From contig JAPSHX010000006.1 of NCBI GenBank assembly GCA_031179305.1, positions 36,914 to 100,913 on the forward strand: a stretch of 64,000 nucleotides of DNA. The letters are read 5' to 3'. Shown here piece after piece: positions 19,281 to 28,551 of the stretch. The notes below the pieces were generated by a model. The model had not been told where the DNA came from. It ran no database searches and saw only the letters and a list, made by a program, of their open reading frames with translations. Source of the stretch: Paenarthrobacter sp. GTDB lineage: Bacteria > Actinomycetota > Actinomycetes > Actinomycetales > Micrococcaceae. Numbering within the stretch: position 1 is the first letter of the stretch; every line of letters starts with the position of its first letter. The position numbers and the translations under genes were made by a program.

Positions 19281-20123
19281 TTAGATGAGGTCTGAGATGT
19301 AGCTGGCTGCTTTGGCTGCGGCGGCGGGGCGTTCGTCGTGGGTAACGTCCCGGGTTTCCAGTTCCAGGGAGAAGTGGCCGGTGTAGCCAACGCTCCGTAG
19401 TGCCGCGAGTCCGGCGGCGAAGTCGGCCTCGCCGTTGCCGATGCTGAGGTTGATGTTCCCTGGCTCGTAGACGGTTGCCGCCACGGCGTCCCGCAGGTGG
19501 ACGTGCTTGATCCGGCCGGCAAAACGGTCCATGAAGTCCACGGGGTCGCCACCGGAAGCGACGATGTGGCTGAAGTCCATGACGATTCCGACGTCGGAAC
19601 CGGCAAGGCGGTCGGCGAGGAGCTGTGCACGCTCAGTGTTCCAGCACAGCCGGTAGTAGTGCAGGGATTCGGTCCACAGCTCTACGCCGAACTCCGCCGC
19701 GCGCCCATCGGCACTCATCAGTTGCGCGGCCACGAGGTCCAGGTCCTCATCCAGGCTCCGCAGCGGCTCGTGATCGATAGCCCCGCACGGCAGGACTAGC
19801 GCCCTCGCGCCGGTCTTGGCGGCCAGGGTGAGCAGCATATCGAGGTGCCCTTCGCGCGCTTCCTGAGCGCCGGCGTCGAGCGTTGCGTTCAGGTCGCCGA
19901 CGTCGCCGTTCACTGAGCGGACGCGCATTCCCGAGGTCTTTACGACGGCGGCAACCGCCTCCACAGCCTCGGCGTCCAGTACGTAGGGCACATGGTCGCA
20001 GACGCCGGGGAGTGCGCCGAGATCGATTTCCTCGAAACCGAGTCCACGCATGGTGTGCAGGGCAGTGGCCAGATCCTGGTGGCGGAAGCTGATGGACGAA
20101 CAGCCCAGTCGTTGATGAAACAT
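19281..20123 (-). CDS. sugar phosphate isomerase/epimerase (xylose-isomerase-like TIM barrel)
   Basis: Metal-ligand pattern E...DFSH...HVHLRD...ELE. Confidence 0.85.
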   Translation of the reverse strand: MFHQRLGCSSISFRHQDLATALHTMRGLGFEEIDLGALPGVCDHVPYVLDAEAVEAVAAVVKTSGMRVRSVNGDVGDLNATLDAGAQEAREGHLDMLLTLAAKTGARALVLPCGAIDHEPLRSLDEDLDLVAAQLMSADGRAAEFGVELWTESLHYYRLCWNTERAQLLADRLAGSDVGIVMDFSHIVASGGDPVDFMDRFAGRIKHVHLRDAVAATVYEPGNINLSIGNGEADFAAGLAALRSVGYTGHFSLELETRDVTHDERPAAAAKAASYISDLI

Positions 20124-20189
20124 CGTCGTTGATCCTCAAATTGGGGCCCTCGCCAGAGAGGGACCTTAGTGATGGACACCACGTTAGCT

Positions 20190-20282
20190 AGGTTGACTGT
20201 CAACAGTCAACCTCCAAGGTTGACTGTTGACATTGCTGGTGTCGTCGGTCACAGTTGACGTATTATGTTGACTGTCGACAGT
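20190..20282. promoter_or_regulatory. multiple operator sites, probably for the locus GntR
   Basis: Near-palindrome AGGTTGACTGTCAACAGTCAACCT (20190-20213), AGGTTGACTGTTGACA (20217-20232), GTTGACTGTCGACAGT (20267-20282). Confidence 0.7.
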
Positions 20283-20327
20283 GGGGTTGCCGAAGAAGCA
20301 CCCCACTCTTGAAAGGGAAAGACACAC

Positions 20328-21665
20328 ATGAGCAATGAAGCTCTGACCATGCGTGGTCCGGTTCATGGAACCAAGGAAGCAAAGCGCGTCGCCGTCGGTT
20401 CCGGCGTTGGCGCAGTCATCGAAACCTACGACTTCATCGGTTTCGGCACCGCCGCAGCACTGTACTTCGGTACGGCGTTCTTCCCGGGCGCCGACCCGGT
20501 AACAGGCACCCTGGCCTCCTTCGCGACCCTCGGCGTCGGCTTCGCTGCCCGTCCGCTGGGTGGCATCATCGGTGGCCACCTCGGCGACAAGCTCGGCCGC
20601 AAGCCGGTCTTGGTTGCATCGCTCATTTTGATGGGCCTTGCTACCTTCGCCATCGGCCTGTTGCCCACCTACCAGCAAGTGGGCCTCCTGGCTCCCGCAC
20701 TGCTGGTTCTCGTCCGCATCATTCAAGGCTTGGCCTTCGGTGCTGAATGGGGCGGTGCCATCCTGATGAGCTACGAGCACGCACCGTGGCGGAAAAAGGG
20801 CCAGTTCACGGGCATCGTGCAGGCCGGCTTCCCGGTGGGCCTACTGCTCGCCAACCTTGTCTTCCTCAGCAGCGTGGGCCTCGGCAGTGAGTGGGCCTGG
20901 CGAGTGCCGTTCCTCGCGAGCATTGTCCTTGTGGCTGTGGGCTTGATCATCCGTTCCAAGGTTCCCGAGTCCCCCGTATTCGAGGACGTGAAGGCCAAGG
21001 GCGACATCGTGAAGTCCCCCATCGTCGAGGTCATCAAGACCGACTGGCGCAACATCGTCCGCGGCATCGGCCTCCGCATCGCTGAAACTGCCGGCTACGC
21101 CGTGTCCGTGACGTACATGATCTCCTACCTGCACACCAACAACCTGGCCGACAAGACCGAAACCTTGGCGGCGCTCTGCATCGCGGCCGGCATCGGTATC
21201 TTCGCAACGTACTTCTGGGGCAAACTGACGGACCGCGTTGGTCGCCGTCCTGTTTACATCTGGTCCACAGCGTTCGCAGTTGTGTTCGGCATCCCGATGT
21301 TCATGCTGGTCAACACCGGCCTTTTCCTCCTGATCATCGCAACCATCGTCATCGCCTACGCTGTCTGCCAGAACTCCCTTGCCGGCGCCCAGGGTGCCTG
21401 GTTCCCGGAACTCTTCCAGGCCAAGACCCGCTCCTCCGGCGCCTCGCTGTCCTACCAGATCTCCGCCATGGTCTCCGGCTTCACCCCCTTCATCACCACC
21501 CTGCTGTTCGTCAGCATGGGATGGATGGGGCCGGCCCTGCTGTTCAGCATCTACGCAGCCATCGGCCTGTGGGCGGCACTGATTACCCGGGAAACCTGGG
21601 GAAAGCGCGAGCGTGCTCTCGCTGAAGAAGCCGCCAGCAAAACTCCCCAGACGGTAAACGCCTAA
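20328..21665 (+). CDS. MFS transporter, metabolite:H+ symporter family
   Basis: IETYDF, GDKLGRK, GAEWGGA, PESP, ELF motifs. Confidence 0.92.
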   Translation: MSNEALTMRGPVHGTKEAKRVAVGSGVGAVIETYDFIGFGTAAALYFGTAFFPGADPVTGTLASFATLGVGFAARPLGGIIGGHLGDKLGRKPVLVASLILMGLATFAIGLLPTYQQVGLLAPALLVLVRIIQGLAFGAEWGGAILMSYEHAPWRKKGQFTGIVQAGFPVGLLLANLVFLSSVGLGSEWAWRVPFLASIVLVAVGLIIRSKVPESPVFEDVKAKGDIVKSPIVEVIKTDWRNIVRGIGLRIAETAGYAVSVTYMISYLHTNNLADKTETLAALCIAAGIGIFATYFWGKLTDRVGRRPVYIWSTAFAVVFGIPMFMLVNTGLFLLIIATIVIAYAVCQNSLAGAQGAWFPELFQAKTRSSGASLSYQISAMVSGFTPFITTLLFVSMGWMGPALLFSIYAAIGLWAALITRETWGKRERALAEEAASKTPQTVNA

Positions 21666-21727
21666 GCAGCCATCGACGTCAGGCGCGTTCTCCCCATCAG
21701 CACGCGCCCGACTCCGGAAGGAAACCA

Positions 21728-22621
21728 ATGACTCTCTCTTCAGTCGAAGTGGCACCAGTGGCCACTCCTACGCCCGAGCGTGTGGACAGCATCCGCGCCG
21801 CCGCCTACCGCATCCGTCATCACGCGCTGAATATGGGCGAAGTCCAAGGGCAGGGCTATGTCGGCCAGGCCCTCGGTGCGGCCGATATGCTCGCCGCCGT
21901 CTACGCCGATCAGCTGACGTACCGCGCCGAAGATCCGCACTGGGAAGGACGCGACCGCTTCCTTCTTTCCACCGGGCACTACGCCATTGGTCACTATGCA
22001 GCGCTGGCCGAAGCTGGAATCGTTCCGGTGGCCGAACTCGAAACGTACGGCTCCGATGATTCCCGCCTGCCGATGTCGGGTATGTCCACTTACACCCCGG
22101 GCATGGAAATCTCAGGCGGTTCGCTTGGACACGGCCTGACGGTTGCCGTCGGAATGGCTTTGGGCCTGCGTCTTCAGAGCTCAACGTCAAGGGTGATCAA
22201 CTTTCTGTCCGACGGTGAGTTGGACGAGGGTTCCACCTGGGAAGCCGCCATGGGTGCACACCACCACCAGCTCGGAAACCTGACCGCCATGGTAGACATC
22301 AATGCCCTCCAAGCAGACGGGGCCACGGAAACTGTGCTCCGCACCGAACCGGTGACCGAAAAGTGGGAATCGTTCGGCTGGTACACCCAGCGCGTCGACG
22401 GGAACGACGTGAGTGCGCTGCTGGGAGCGTTCGACAACATCGCTGCCCTGGCGGCGCCGATCGGGCGGCCCTCGGTCATCCTCTGTGACACCAAGGTAGG
22501 TCGCGGTGTGCCGCTCTTGGAGACCCGTGAGAAAGCGCACTTCATGCGCATCGAAGAAAACGAGTGGCAGATCTGCCGCGAACAGTTGACCGCAGGATAC
22601 GAAGGGACGGCTTCAGCATGA
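21728..22621 (+). CDS. transketolase, N-terminal (TPP-binding) subunit
   Basis: RDRFLLSTGH, GSLGHGL, SDGELDEGSTWEA. Confidence 0.92.
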   Translation: MTLSSVEVAPVATPTPERVDSIRAAAYRIRHHALNMGEVQGQGYVGQALGAADMLAAVYADQLTYRAEDPHWEGRDRFLLSTGHYAIGHYAALAEAGIVPVAELETYGSDDSRLPMSGMSTYTPGMEISGGSLGHGLTVAVGMALGLRLQSSTSRVINFLSDGELDEGSTWEAAMGAHHHQLGNLTAMVDINALQADGATETVLRTEPVTEKWESFGWYTQRVDGNDVSALLGAFDNIAALAAPIGRPSVILCDTKVGRGVPLLETREKAHFMRIEENEWQICREQLTAGYEGTASA

Positions 22622-23655
22622 GCACAATTACGACGGCGGCCGGTGCCGCTGCTTCATCGGTCGCCGCCTCGACGGCTAAACCGAAGCTGAAGACCTCGGC
22701 CATGATCGCATCCTTCGCCGATCCCGGCCAGAAGACCACTTCCGCCCCGTTCGGGCATGCACTGGTCAAGGCGGCCGAAGCCGACTCCCGGATCGTGGGT
22801 CTGACCGCGGATCTTGGTAAGTACACGGACATGCACATCTTCGCAAAGGCGTTCCCCGAGCGGTTCTTCCAGATGGGCATGGCCGAGCAGCTCCTCTTCG
22901 GCGCCGCTGCAGGCATGGCAGAGACTGGCTTGATCCCATTCGCTTCCACCTACTCGGTGTTCGCGGCACGGCGTGCGTATGACTTCCTGTGCCTGGACAT
23001 CGCCGAGCCGAACCTCAACGTCAACATCATCGGGGGGCTCCCTGGCCTTACCACCGGGTACGGACCGAGCCACCAGGCCACCGAGGACATGGCGATCTTC
23101 CGCGGCATGCCCAACCTCACCATCGTGGATCCCTGCGACTCCGTCGACATCGAACAGGCCGTTCCGCAGCTTGCGGCCTCCGACGGACCAACATACCTGC
23201 GCTTGCTGCGCGGTAACGTGCCCACCGTCCTGGACGAGTACGACTACACGTTCGAGCTGGGCAAGGCCAAGGTCCTGCGCGAGGGCAAAGATGTTGTTTT
23301 CGTTTCCTCCGGCCTGATGACCATGCGTGCTTTGCAGGCGGCAGATGCCCTGGCGAAGCACAACGTGGATGTCGCCGTGGTGCACACACCCACCATCAAG
23401 CCGTTCGACTCTGCCACCGTACTGGCAGAGCTGAACACCGACCGGCTGGCCGTCACTCTGGAAAACCACACGGTTGTTGGCGGCCTGTTCGAAACTGTTG
23501 CCTCCGCCGTCGTCACCGCCGGTCTCGGCAAGCGCGTGGTGCCCATCGCGCTTCCCGACCAGTTCCTCGACGCCGGTGCGTTGCCCACGCTGCACGAACG
23601 ATACGGATTGTCCGTAGACCGAATCGTTGCGAAGGTGCTTGCGGAGCTTGGCTGA
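22618..23655 (+). CDS. transketolase, C-terminal subunit
   Basis: ADL, FFQMGMAEQ, GPSHQATED, TIKPFD; ATGA coupling. Confidence 0.92.
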   Translation: MSTITTAAGAAASSVAASTAKPKLKTSAMIASFADPGQKTTSAPFGHALVKAAEADSRIVGLTADLGKYTDMHIFAKAFPERFFQMGMAEQLLFGAAAGMAETGLIPFASTYSVFAARRAYDFLCLDIAEPNLNVNIIGGLPGLTTGYGPSHQATEDMAIFRGMPNLTIVDPCDSVDIEQAVPQLAASDGPTYLRLLRGNVPTVLDEYDYTFELGKAKVLREGKDVVFVSSGLMTMRALQAADALAKHNVDVAVVHTPTIKPFDSATVLAELNTDRLAVTLENHTVVGGLFETVASAVVTAGLGKRVVPIALPDQFLDAGALPTLHERYGLSVDRIVAKVLAELG

Positions 23656-23766
23656 GCTTTCCTCGCTGGGCGGGACGGACATGACTGCCCGTCCCGCCAC
23701 GCTGCCCGTAGTATCGACAGTTAACATCGGACTGTTAGCAGTCGCCCACTGAACCGAGGACACACC

Positions 23767-24423
23767 ATGGCCGTCACCGCATCCCTGCTGGGACTTGAGA
23801 AGAAGAGCCTGCGCGAACAGGCACTCGCAGCACTGCGGACCGCGATCACCAGTGGCGAACTCGAGCCCGGGCGACACCTCGTGGAAACCGAGCTTTCCGA
23901 GATGCTCCAAATCAGCCGCGGCACCCTTCGGGAAGCCCTGCGCCAGCTGGAACAGGAAGGCCTGATCTCCGCCGGAGCACGCGGCCGCATGTCCGTGCGG
24001 CACCTGGACGTCAAGGAAATCCGGGATATCTTCGCTGTTCGCGGCGTTTTGGAATCGTTGGCCGCCCGGACCCTCAGTGACATGCCGGACAAGGAAGCCG
24101 CGCTCGCAGAACTGCGTGCCGCCGTCGACAATATGGATAAAGCCGCCAAGTCCTCACTGCAGGAGCGGATCGAATCCGACCTTGAGTTCCACCGCACGCT
24201 CTGCCGCCTGTCCGGAAACGAAACGTTGCTGCACTCCTGGGAATCCCTGGAGGGCTCCATCCGGATGTCCATCATGTTCGCCGGGTTGGAACGCGCCACC
24301 CGGAATATGAGCGTGGGCCGGCATCACGACATTGTTGCTGCCATCGAGACTGGAAATGCGGCAAAAGCACGGGAAACGATCATCGCGCACATGGACAGTG
24401 CGGCGGAGAACCTCGTCGGCTAG
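23767..24423 (+). CDS. GntR (FCD) family transcriptional regulator
   Basis: wHTH ISRGTLREALRQLEQEGL; DLEFH. Confidence 0.92.
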   Translation: MAVTASLLGLEKKSLREQALAALRTAITSGELEPGRHLVETELSEMLQISRGTLREALRQLEQEGLISAGARGRMSVRHLDVKEIRDIFAVRGVLESLAARTLSDMPDKEAALAELRAAVDNMDKAAKSSLQERIESDLEFHRTLCRLSGNETLLHSWESLEGSIRMSIMFAGLERATRNMSVGRHHDIVAAIETGNAAKARETIIAHMDSAAENLVG

Positions 24424-24529
24424 TTCCTCAATTGCGTTGGTTGGCCGCTTTCCCATTGTTGGGCAACGACGCTGCAGCGGGATAGCAGCGGTGTTGCTGG
24501 AATGAAGCAGGGGTATAGGGTAAGTCGTC

Positions 24530-25267
24530 ATGGCGTTGAGACTTGTTCAGGTGAATTTCAAAGCACGGGATGACTCAGCTCTCGGACAGTTTTGGGCGGA
24601 AGCCCTCGGGTGGGGTGTCTCCAGTGAGGGACCCGGTGTGACCAACGTTGAACCCCTGGGTTTCACTTGGCCGGACCCCTCAGCTGTTTGCGTTGACGTT
24701 GTGACAGTTCCGGATCCGGAGACGGTGAAATATCGCGCGCACCTCGATCTCGCAACCACTTCCGCAGCTCATCAAAAGGAGCTGGTGGCGCGGCTCAAAG
24801 AGCTCGGCGCTACACCGGCCGATGTAGGCCAGGGAGATGTGCCCTGGACGGTCTTGGCGGATCCCGAGGGGAACCTGTTCTGCGTTCTGGAACCCCGTCC
24901 GATCTACCAGGACACAGGACCCATCGCCACGGTGGTGGTCAACTGCAGCGATCCGCGGGCCATGGCCGACTTCTGGAGTGAGGCGATGGATTGGACTCTG
25001 CACGAAGTGAACGATGACCATGCGAGGCTGCGTTCGTCCGAGGGGGTCGGGCCATATCTGGAGTTGCTGCGCACGCCAGACCCCGACAGACTGCCGAACC
25101 GTATCCATCTGGACCTGATGCCGTATCCCGGTGATGATCAAGACGCTGAAGTGGTCCGGCTACATACACTGGGCGCGGCTAACATCGACATCGGCCAGGG
25201 CGATGTGCCGTGGCGTTGCCTCACAGACCCCGAAGGCAACGAGTTCTGCGTCCTGACACCGGGCTGA
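24530..25267 (+). CDS. VOC/glyoxalase family protein (two domains)
   Basis: Duplicated HLDL...W..L.DPEGN.FCVL. Confidence 0.9.
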   Translation: MALRLVQVNFKARDDSALGQFWAEALGWGVSSEGPGVTNVEPLGFTWPDPSAVCVDVVTVPDPETVKYRAHLDLATTSAAHQKELVARLKELGATPADVGQGDVPWTVLADPEGNLFCVLEPRPIYQDTGPIATVVVNCSDPRAMADFWSEAMDWTLHEVNDDHARLRSSEGVGPYLELLRTPDPDRLPNRIHLDLMPYPGDDQDAEVVRLHTLGAANIDIGQGDVPWRCLTDPEGNEFCVLTPG

Positions 25268-25304
25268 CAATATGGCTCGTAACCACGTCCGGACCAAGCG
25301 GCTG

Positions 25305-26279
25305 TTAGCTGCCTGACGCCTTCAACAGGTGATCCGGGAGCCGGTTTCCCGGTGCCCGCCCACGGATTTCCAAGAGTTCACGGGCGTGGGCGTGCAGCTT
25401 CTTGTCCTCCTCGGATACTGGAACCCAGGAAGGAATCGGTACAGCGGTCCCTGTTTCGTCGCGCGCCACCATCACCGTGAGGCAGTACGTGGTCAGGTTC
25501 ATTTCGCGGGTCTTGGGATCGCCGGAGCGTACGTGGACCGCAATGTGCATGCCCTTGGCGCCGGTGTAGACGAGCCGCGCCTCTACCTCGACGACATGGC
25601 CAATCAGCAGGGGCCGGTAGAAACGGACGCCCCCGGAGAACACAGCCACGGTGTCCTTGCCGCAGTATCGGGAGGCGCAAACGTACGCTGCTTCGTCGAT
25701 CCACTTCATCACGATGCCACCGTGCACCTTGCCGCCCCAGTTGACGTCAGTGGGGGACGCCATAAACCGCAGGACAACACGCTCGGCGGTTCCGGCGTCG
25801 GTGTAGTCTTGGGCGTTCATCGCGTTGACGATCTGCTCGCGGACCTCGATGCGCGCCAAGGCGTGGTCGCGCTGCTCGACCTCTTGGGGCGTGGACGGCT
25901 CAAACTGGGGGACAGGAATTGGCTTGCCATCGGGTCCCACCGCTACGAAAATCACCATGCACTGGCTGTGCATTGTCTCCGGCCCACCTTTGGGATCGCG
26001 GGAGCTGACCACCGTGTGGATGTGCATCGAGGAGCGGCCGGTGTAGACGATGGTGGAGGTCACTTCCACCATGTCGCCGCTGTTCACGGGATCCGTGAAG
26101 TGGATGTTGCCCACGTACGCCGTGACGCAGTACGACTTCGACCAGCCAACTGCTGCTGCGTACGCGGCCTTATCCACCCACTCAAGGACGGTGCCGGCGT
26201 CGACTGACCCGCTGTGGCCTACGTCCATGGGAGCCGCGAGGAAACGGAGGGTCACTGAATTGGCGGCGTCATCGCTCAT
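25305..26279 (-). CDS. acyl-CoA thioesterase (double hotdog)
   Basis: DVNWGGKVHGGIVMKWIDEAA plus a related N-terminal copy. Confidence 0.9.
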   Translation of the reverse strand: MSDDAANSVTLRFLAAPMDVGHSGSVDAGTVLEWVDKAAYAAAVGWSKSYCVTAYVGNIHFTDPVNSGDMVEVTSTIVYTGRSSMHIHTVVSSRDPKGGPETMHSQCMVIFVAVGPDGKPIPVPQFEPSTPQEVEQRDHALARIEVREQIVNAMNAQDYTDAGTAERVVLRFMASPTDVNWGGKVHGGIVMKWIDEAAYVCASRYCGKDTVAVFSGGVRFYRPLLIGHVVEVEARLVYTGAKGMHIAVHVRSGDPKTREMNLTTYCLTVMVARDETGTAVPIPSWVPVSEEDKKLHAHARELLEIRGRAPGNRLPDHLLKASGS

Positions 26280-26327
26280 GCATGGAATCTTACTGTCGCC
26301 GGGTTTCTGTTACGTGACAAAGTCCGA

Positions 26328-26891
26328 CTACCCGCGCTGGATGCCGAGGGTGGCAATCAGGTCCTCATGGAGTTCGAACCAAACCCGGTGGAAGGAATCC
26401 CGGTCGGTAGCTGTCAGCCAGGCTGTGTCCTGGACAGCATGCTTGAGTGCTCCCAACAGGCGCTCGGAGTAGCCCTCGAACCGAGGCAGCAAAACGCTCA
26501 GCTGTGGTTCGAGTAGACGCCAGGACGCCAAGGCGCCTATCAGGACGTCCACGGCGCCTTCATCCGCCGGAGATTGCAGCTGGATGGCACTGCAGGCGCC
26601 CACGACGCCGGTGTTGACCTCGGCGAAATTGTCATGCACCGCCAACACCGCGTCTCGTGCACCGGCGTGGTCCAGTTCACCGGCCAGCAGCCGCTCGTTC
26701 TCAATTCTCCCGAGACTCGACAGCGACCAGCCGCTGGCCCCCGCGAAGGTGCTGTGCGAAACAAAGCCGTTCACGCCGGCGTCGATGAGCTGCGACTCCA
26801 CCAAACCGGGGTCTTGCGAGAATCGAGCCGCTACCGCCTGGGTCTCAGCGAAACCGAGGAGGCGGACCGCATGCAGGGTGAGGAGTGTCAT
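26328..26891 (-). CDS. hypothetical protein, possible wHTH regulator
   Basis: LHAVRLLG start; C-terminal DSFHRVWFELHEDLIATLGI; ATGA overlap with the upstream gene. Confidence 0.65.
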   Translation of the reverse strand: MTLLTLHAVRLLGFAETQAVAARFSQDPGLVESQLIDAGVNGFVSHSTFAGASGWSLSSLGRIENERLLAGELDHAGARDAVLAVHDNFAEVNTGVVGACSAIQLQSPADEGAVDVLIGALASWRLLEPQLSVLLPRFEGYSERLLGALKHAVQDTAWLTATDRDSFHRVWFELHEDLIATLGIQRG

Positions 26892-27220
26892 TCGGTATCC
26901 ATCAGGGTGATTGTTCCCCGGGACCCGTCAATTGCCAGGGGGCCGCCGTCGGCGAGAAGGTGCAGCGCATCCCGTACACCCAGTACGGCAGGGATACCGA
27001 ACTCCCGGGCAACGATCGCGGCGTGCGACAACATTCCGCCGGTCTCCGTGACCACGGCTGAAGCCATTCCGAAGAGAGGCGTCCAGGCGGGGTCGGTAGT
27101 GCGGCAGACCAAAACATCGCCGGATTGGAAGCGTGTGAACTCGTCGGGACCGTGGATGAGCCGGGCATTGCCGTGGGCTGTACCTGTGCTGGCGCCGACG
27201 CCGGTGAGGATGGTCATCAT
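26888..27220 (-). CDS. stand-alone PEP-utilising enzyme mobile (phospho-His swivel) domain
   Basis: TTDPAWTPLF...VTETGGMLSHAAIVAREFGIPAV; start at MMTILTG. Confidence 0.85.
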   Translation of the reverse strand: MMTILTGVGASTGTAHGNARLIHGPDEFTRFQSGDVLVCRTTDPAWTPLFGMASAVVTETGGMLSHAAIVAREFGIPAVLGVRDALHLLADGGPLAIDGSRGTITLMDTE

Positions 27221-27303
27221 CAGGCTATTTCTACTACAGAAAACACTGCCCCGGCACCAACAATTGAAGCGGCCGCCGAACTGGCTGAGGCATTGCACCC
27301 TTG

Positions 27304-27405
27304 AACGTTCTCTCACATCCCGGCCCTTAAAGCCCGAGGCTCTCTCACTTTCCTTAAGAAAGGGAGAGAGCGATCGGCTGAAGGGCTCGTTATGTGCGAG
27401 AGCGT
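27304..27405. repeat. nested inverted-repeat (REP/BIME-like) element
   Basis: ACGTTCTCTCACAT...ATGTGCGAGAGCGT encloses GCTCTCTCACTTTC...GAAAGGGAGAGAGC. Confidence 0.7.
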
Positions 27406-27419
27406 CGGGGTGGTGGGCG

Positions 27420-27854
27420 CTACGCGAGGACGCGGAGTTTCGATCCCGAGCGGCCGAATAGTGCGGCGTCGGCGGAAAGCCTGCCTGCTCCGGCCAGCGC
27501 CAGGGCCAAGGCGGCGCCTGCGAAGAGCAACACAAGCTCATACCCGCCATTACCGACAAAAACGCCGGCTGGCGCGTGCACTAGGAACAGCGCGCCGAGC
27601 ATGTTGACGGCCAGCAAGGCTGCGAAGACGCGGGTCAGGAGGCCGATGATCAGGGCAACGCCACCCACGAGCTCGAGGGTTGCGACTATCGGCGCTACTG
27701 CTGATGCGGCCGGGACTCCCATTTGGGTGAAGGAGGCCTGAGTTCCGGCGATGGTGAATTCGTTGAACTTCTGCCAACCGTGCGCGGCGAAGAGAAATCC
27801 TGCGGTTACTCGCAGGATGGTCAGGGCTGTGGTGGTCAAGCTGGACTTGTTCAT
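27420..27854 (-). CDS. DoxX family membrane protein
   Basis: LR..AG.LF..HGWQKF, ELVGG, GGYEL, GAGRLSAD. Confidence 0.9.
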   Translation of the reverse strand: MNKSSLTTTALTILRVTAGFLFAAHGWQKFNEFTIAGTQASFTQMGVPAASAVAPIVATLELVGGVALIIGLLTRVFAALLAVNMLGALFLVHAPAGVFVGNGGYELVLLFAGAALALALAGAGRLSADAALFGRSGSKLRVLA

Positions 27855-27922
27855 ACCTTCAACCATCCCCGAGGAAACTTGAAGTGTCAACTAAATGAGG
27901 CTCTTTATGACCTGAATCCCAG

Positions 27923-28510
27923 CTAGCGGGCTTGCATCCGGCGTTTATTGCGCGGCTTCGCCTGAAGCCAAGGCTGCAACAGCCGGGTAGTGATCGGCAG
28001 GAAGATGTAGGTCATCAGCGGGGTCAGGATCACGATGTTCAGCAGCACCGCGAATACCAGCGGCCAGTCCTGAGTCAAAGGGTGCAGCAGGAAATTGGCC
28101 AACAGGCTGAGCGGGAAGAACGGCAGGAAAATGCTGATGGCCTGCTTCCAGCGCGGCGGCACAACTGTTTCGGGCACAATCACAGAGACATCTCCAGGCC
28201 GCGAGAACCATCCCTCGATCCCTGTATGGCGCTCAACCCGGGTGGTCTCCATCATGTCCCTGGCACTATCGATCCACCAGCGACGCTCCTCGGAGTCCTC
28301 CCACTCCTGCAGCGAATCGGCGTCCGCGAAGCGATAAAGCATGTGCCATTCAGTGGAATCCACCCCATTGCGCACCCAACCGGACCCCAGATACCCGGGC
28401 CATTCGCGGGCGAGTTCCTGTCCGGCGTGGGCCCAGGCATTGGCCTGCCGGGTGTAGCCGGGAAGGATGGTGCGGGCGACGGAAACAGTGACGGGATGCT
28501 CATGTGACAC
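27923..28510 (-). CDS. ABM-domain membrane protein (heme-degrading monooxygenase-like)
   Basis: WPGYLG, TGIEGWF, PPRWKQA, two C-terminal TM helices. Confidence 0.8.
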   Translation of the reverse strand: MSHEHPVTVSVARTILPGYTRQANAWAHAGQELAREWPGYLGSGWVRNGVDSTEWHMLYRFADADSLQEWEDSEERRWWIDSARDMMETTRVERHTGIEGWFSRPGDVSVIVPETVVPPRWKQAISIFLPFFPLSLLANFLLHPLTQDWPLVFAVLLNIVILTPLMTYIFLPITTRLLQPWLQAKPRNKRRMQAR

Positions 28511-28551
28511 GGCCCAAATGTACCCGCCCCGCGGCGGACTAGGCTTGTTTA

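Noticed and set aside
22654-24003. Long antisense ORFs (also 18274-19209, 41356-42348, 52814-53851 and others)
   Set aside because: Shadow frames of well-supported genes, typical of high-GC DNA, with no motifs.
26888-27300. Rifampin phosphotransferase
   Set aside because: Only the His swivel domain is present. The ATP-grasp and rifampin-binding domains are missing.
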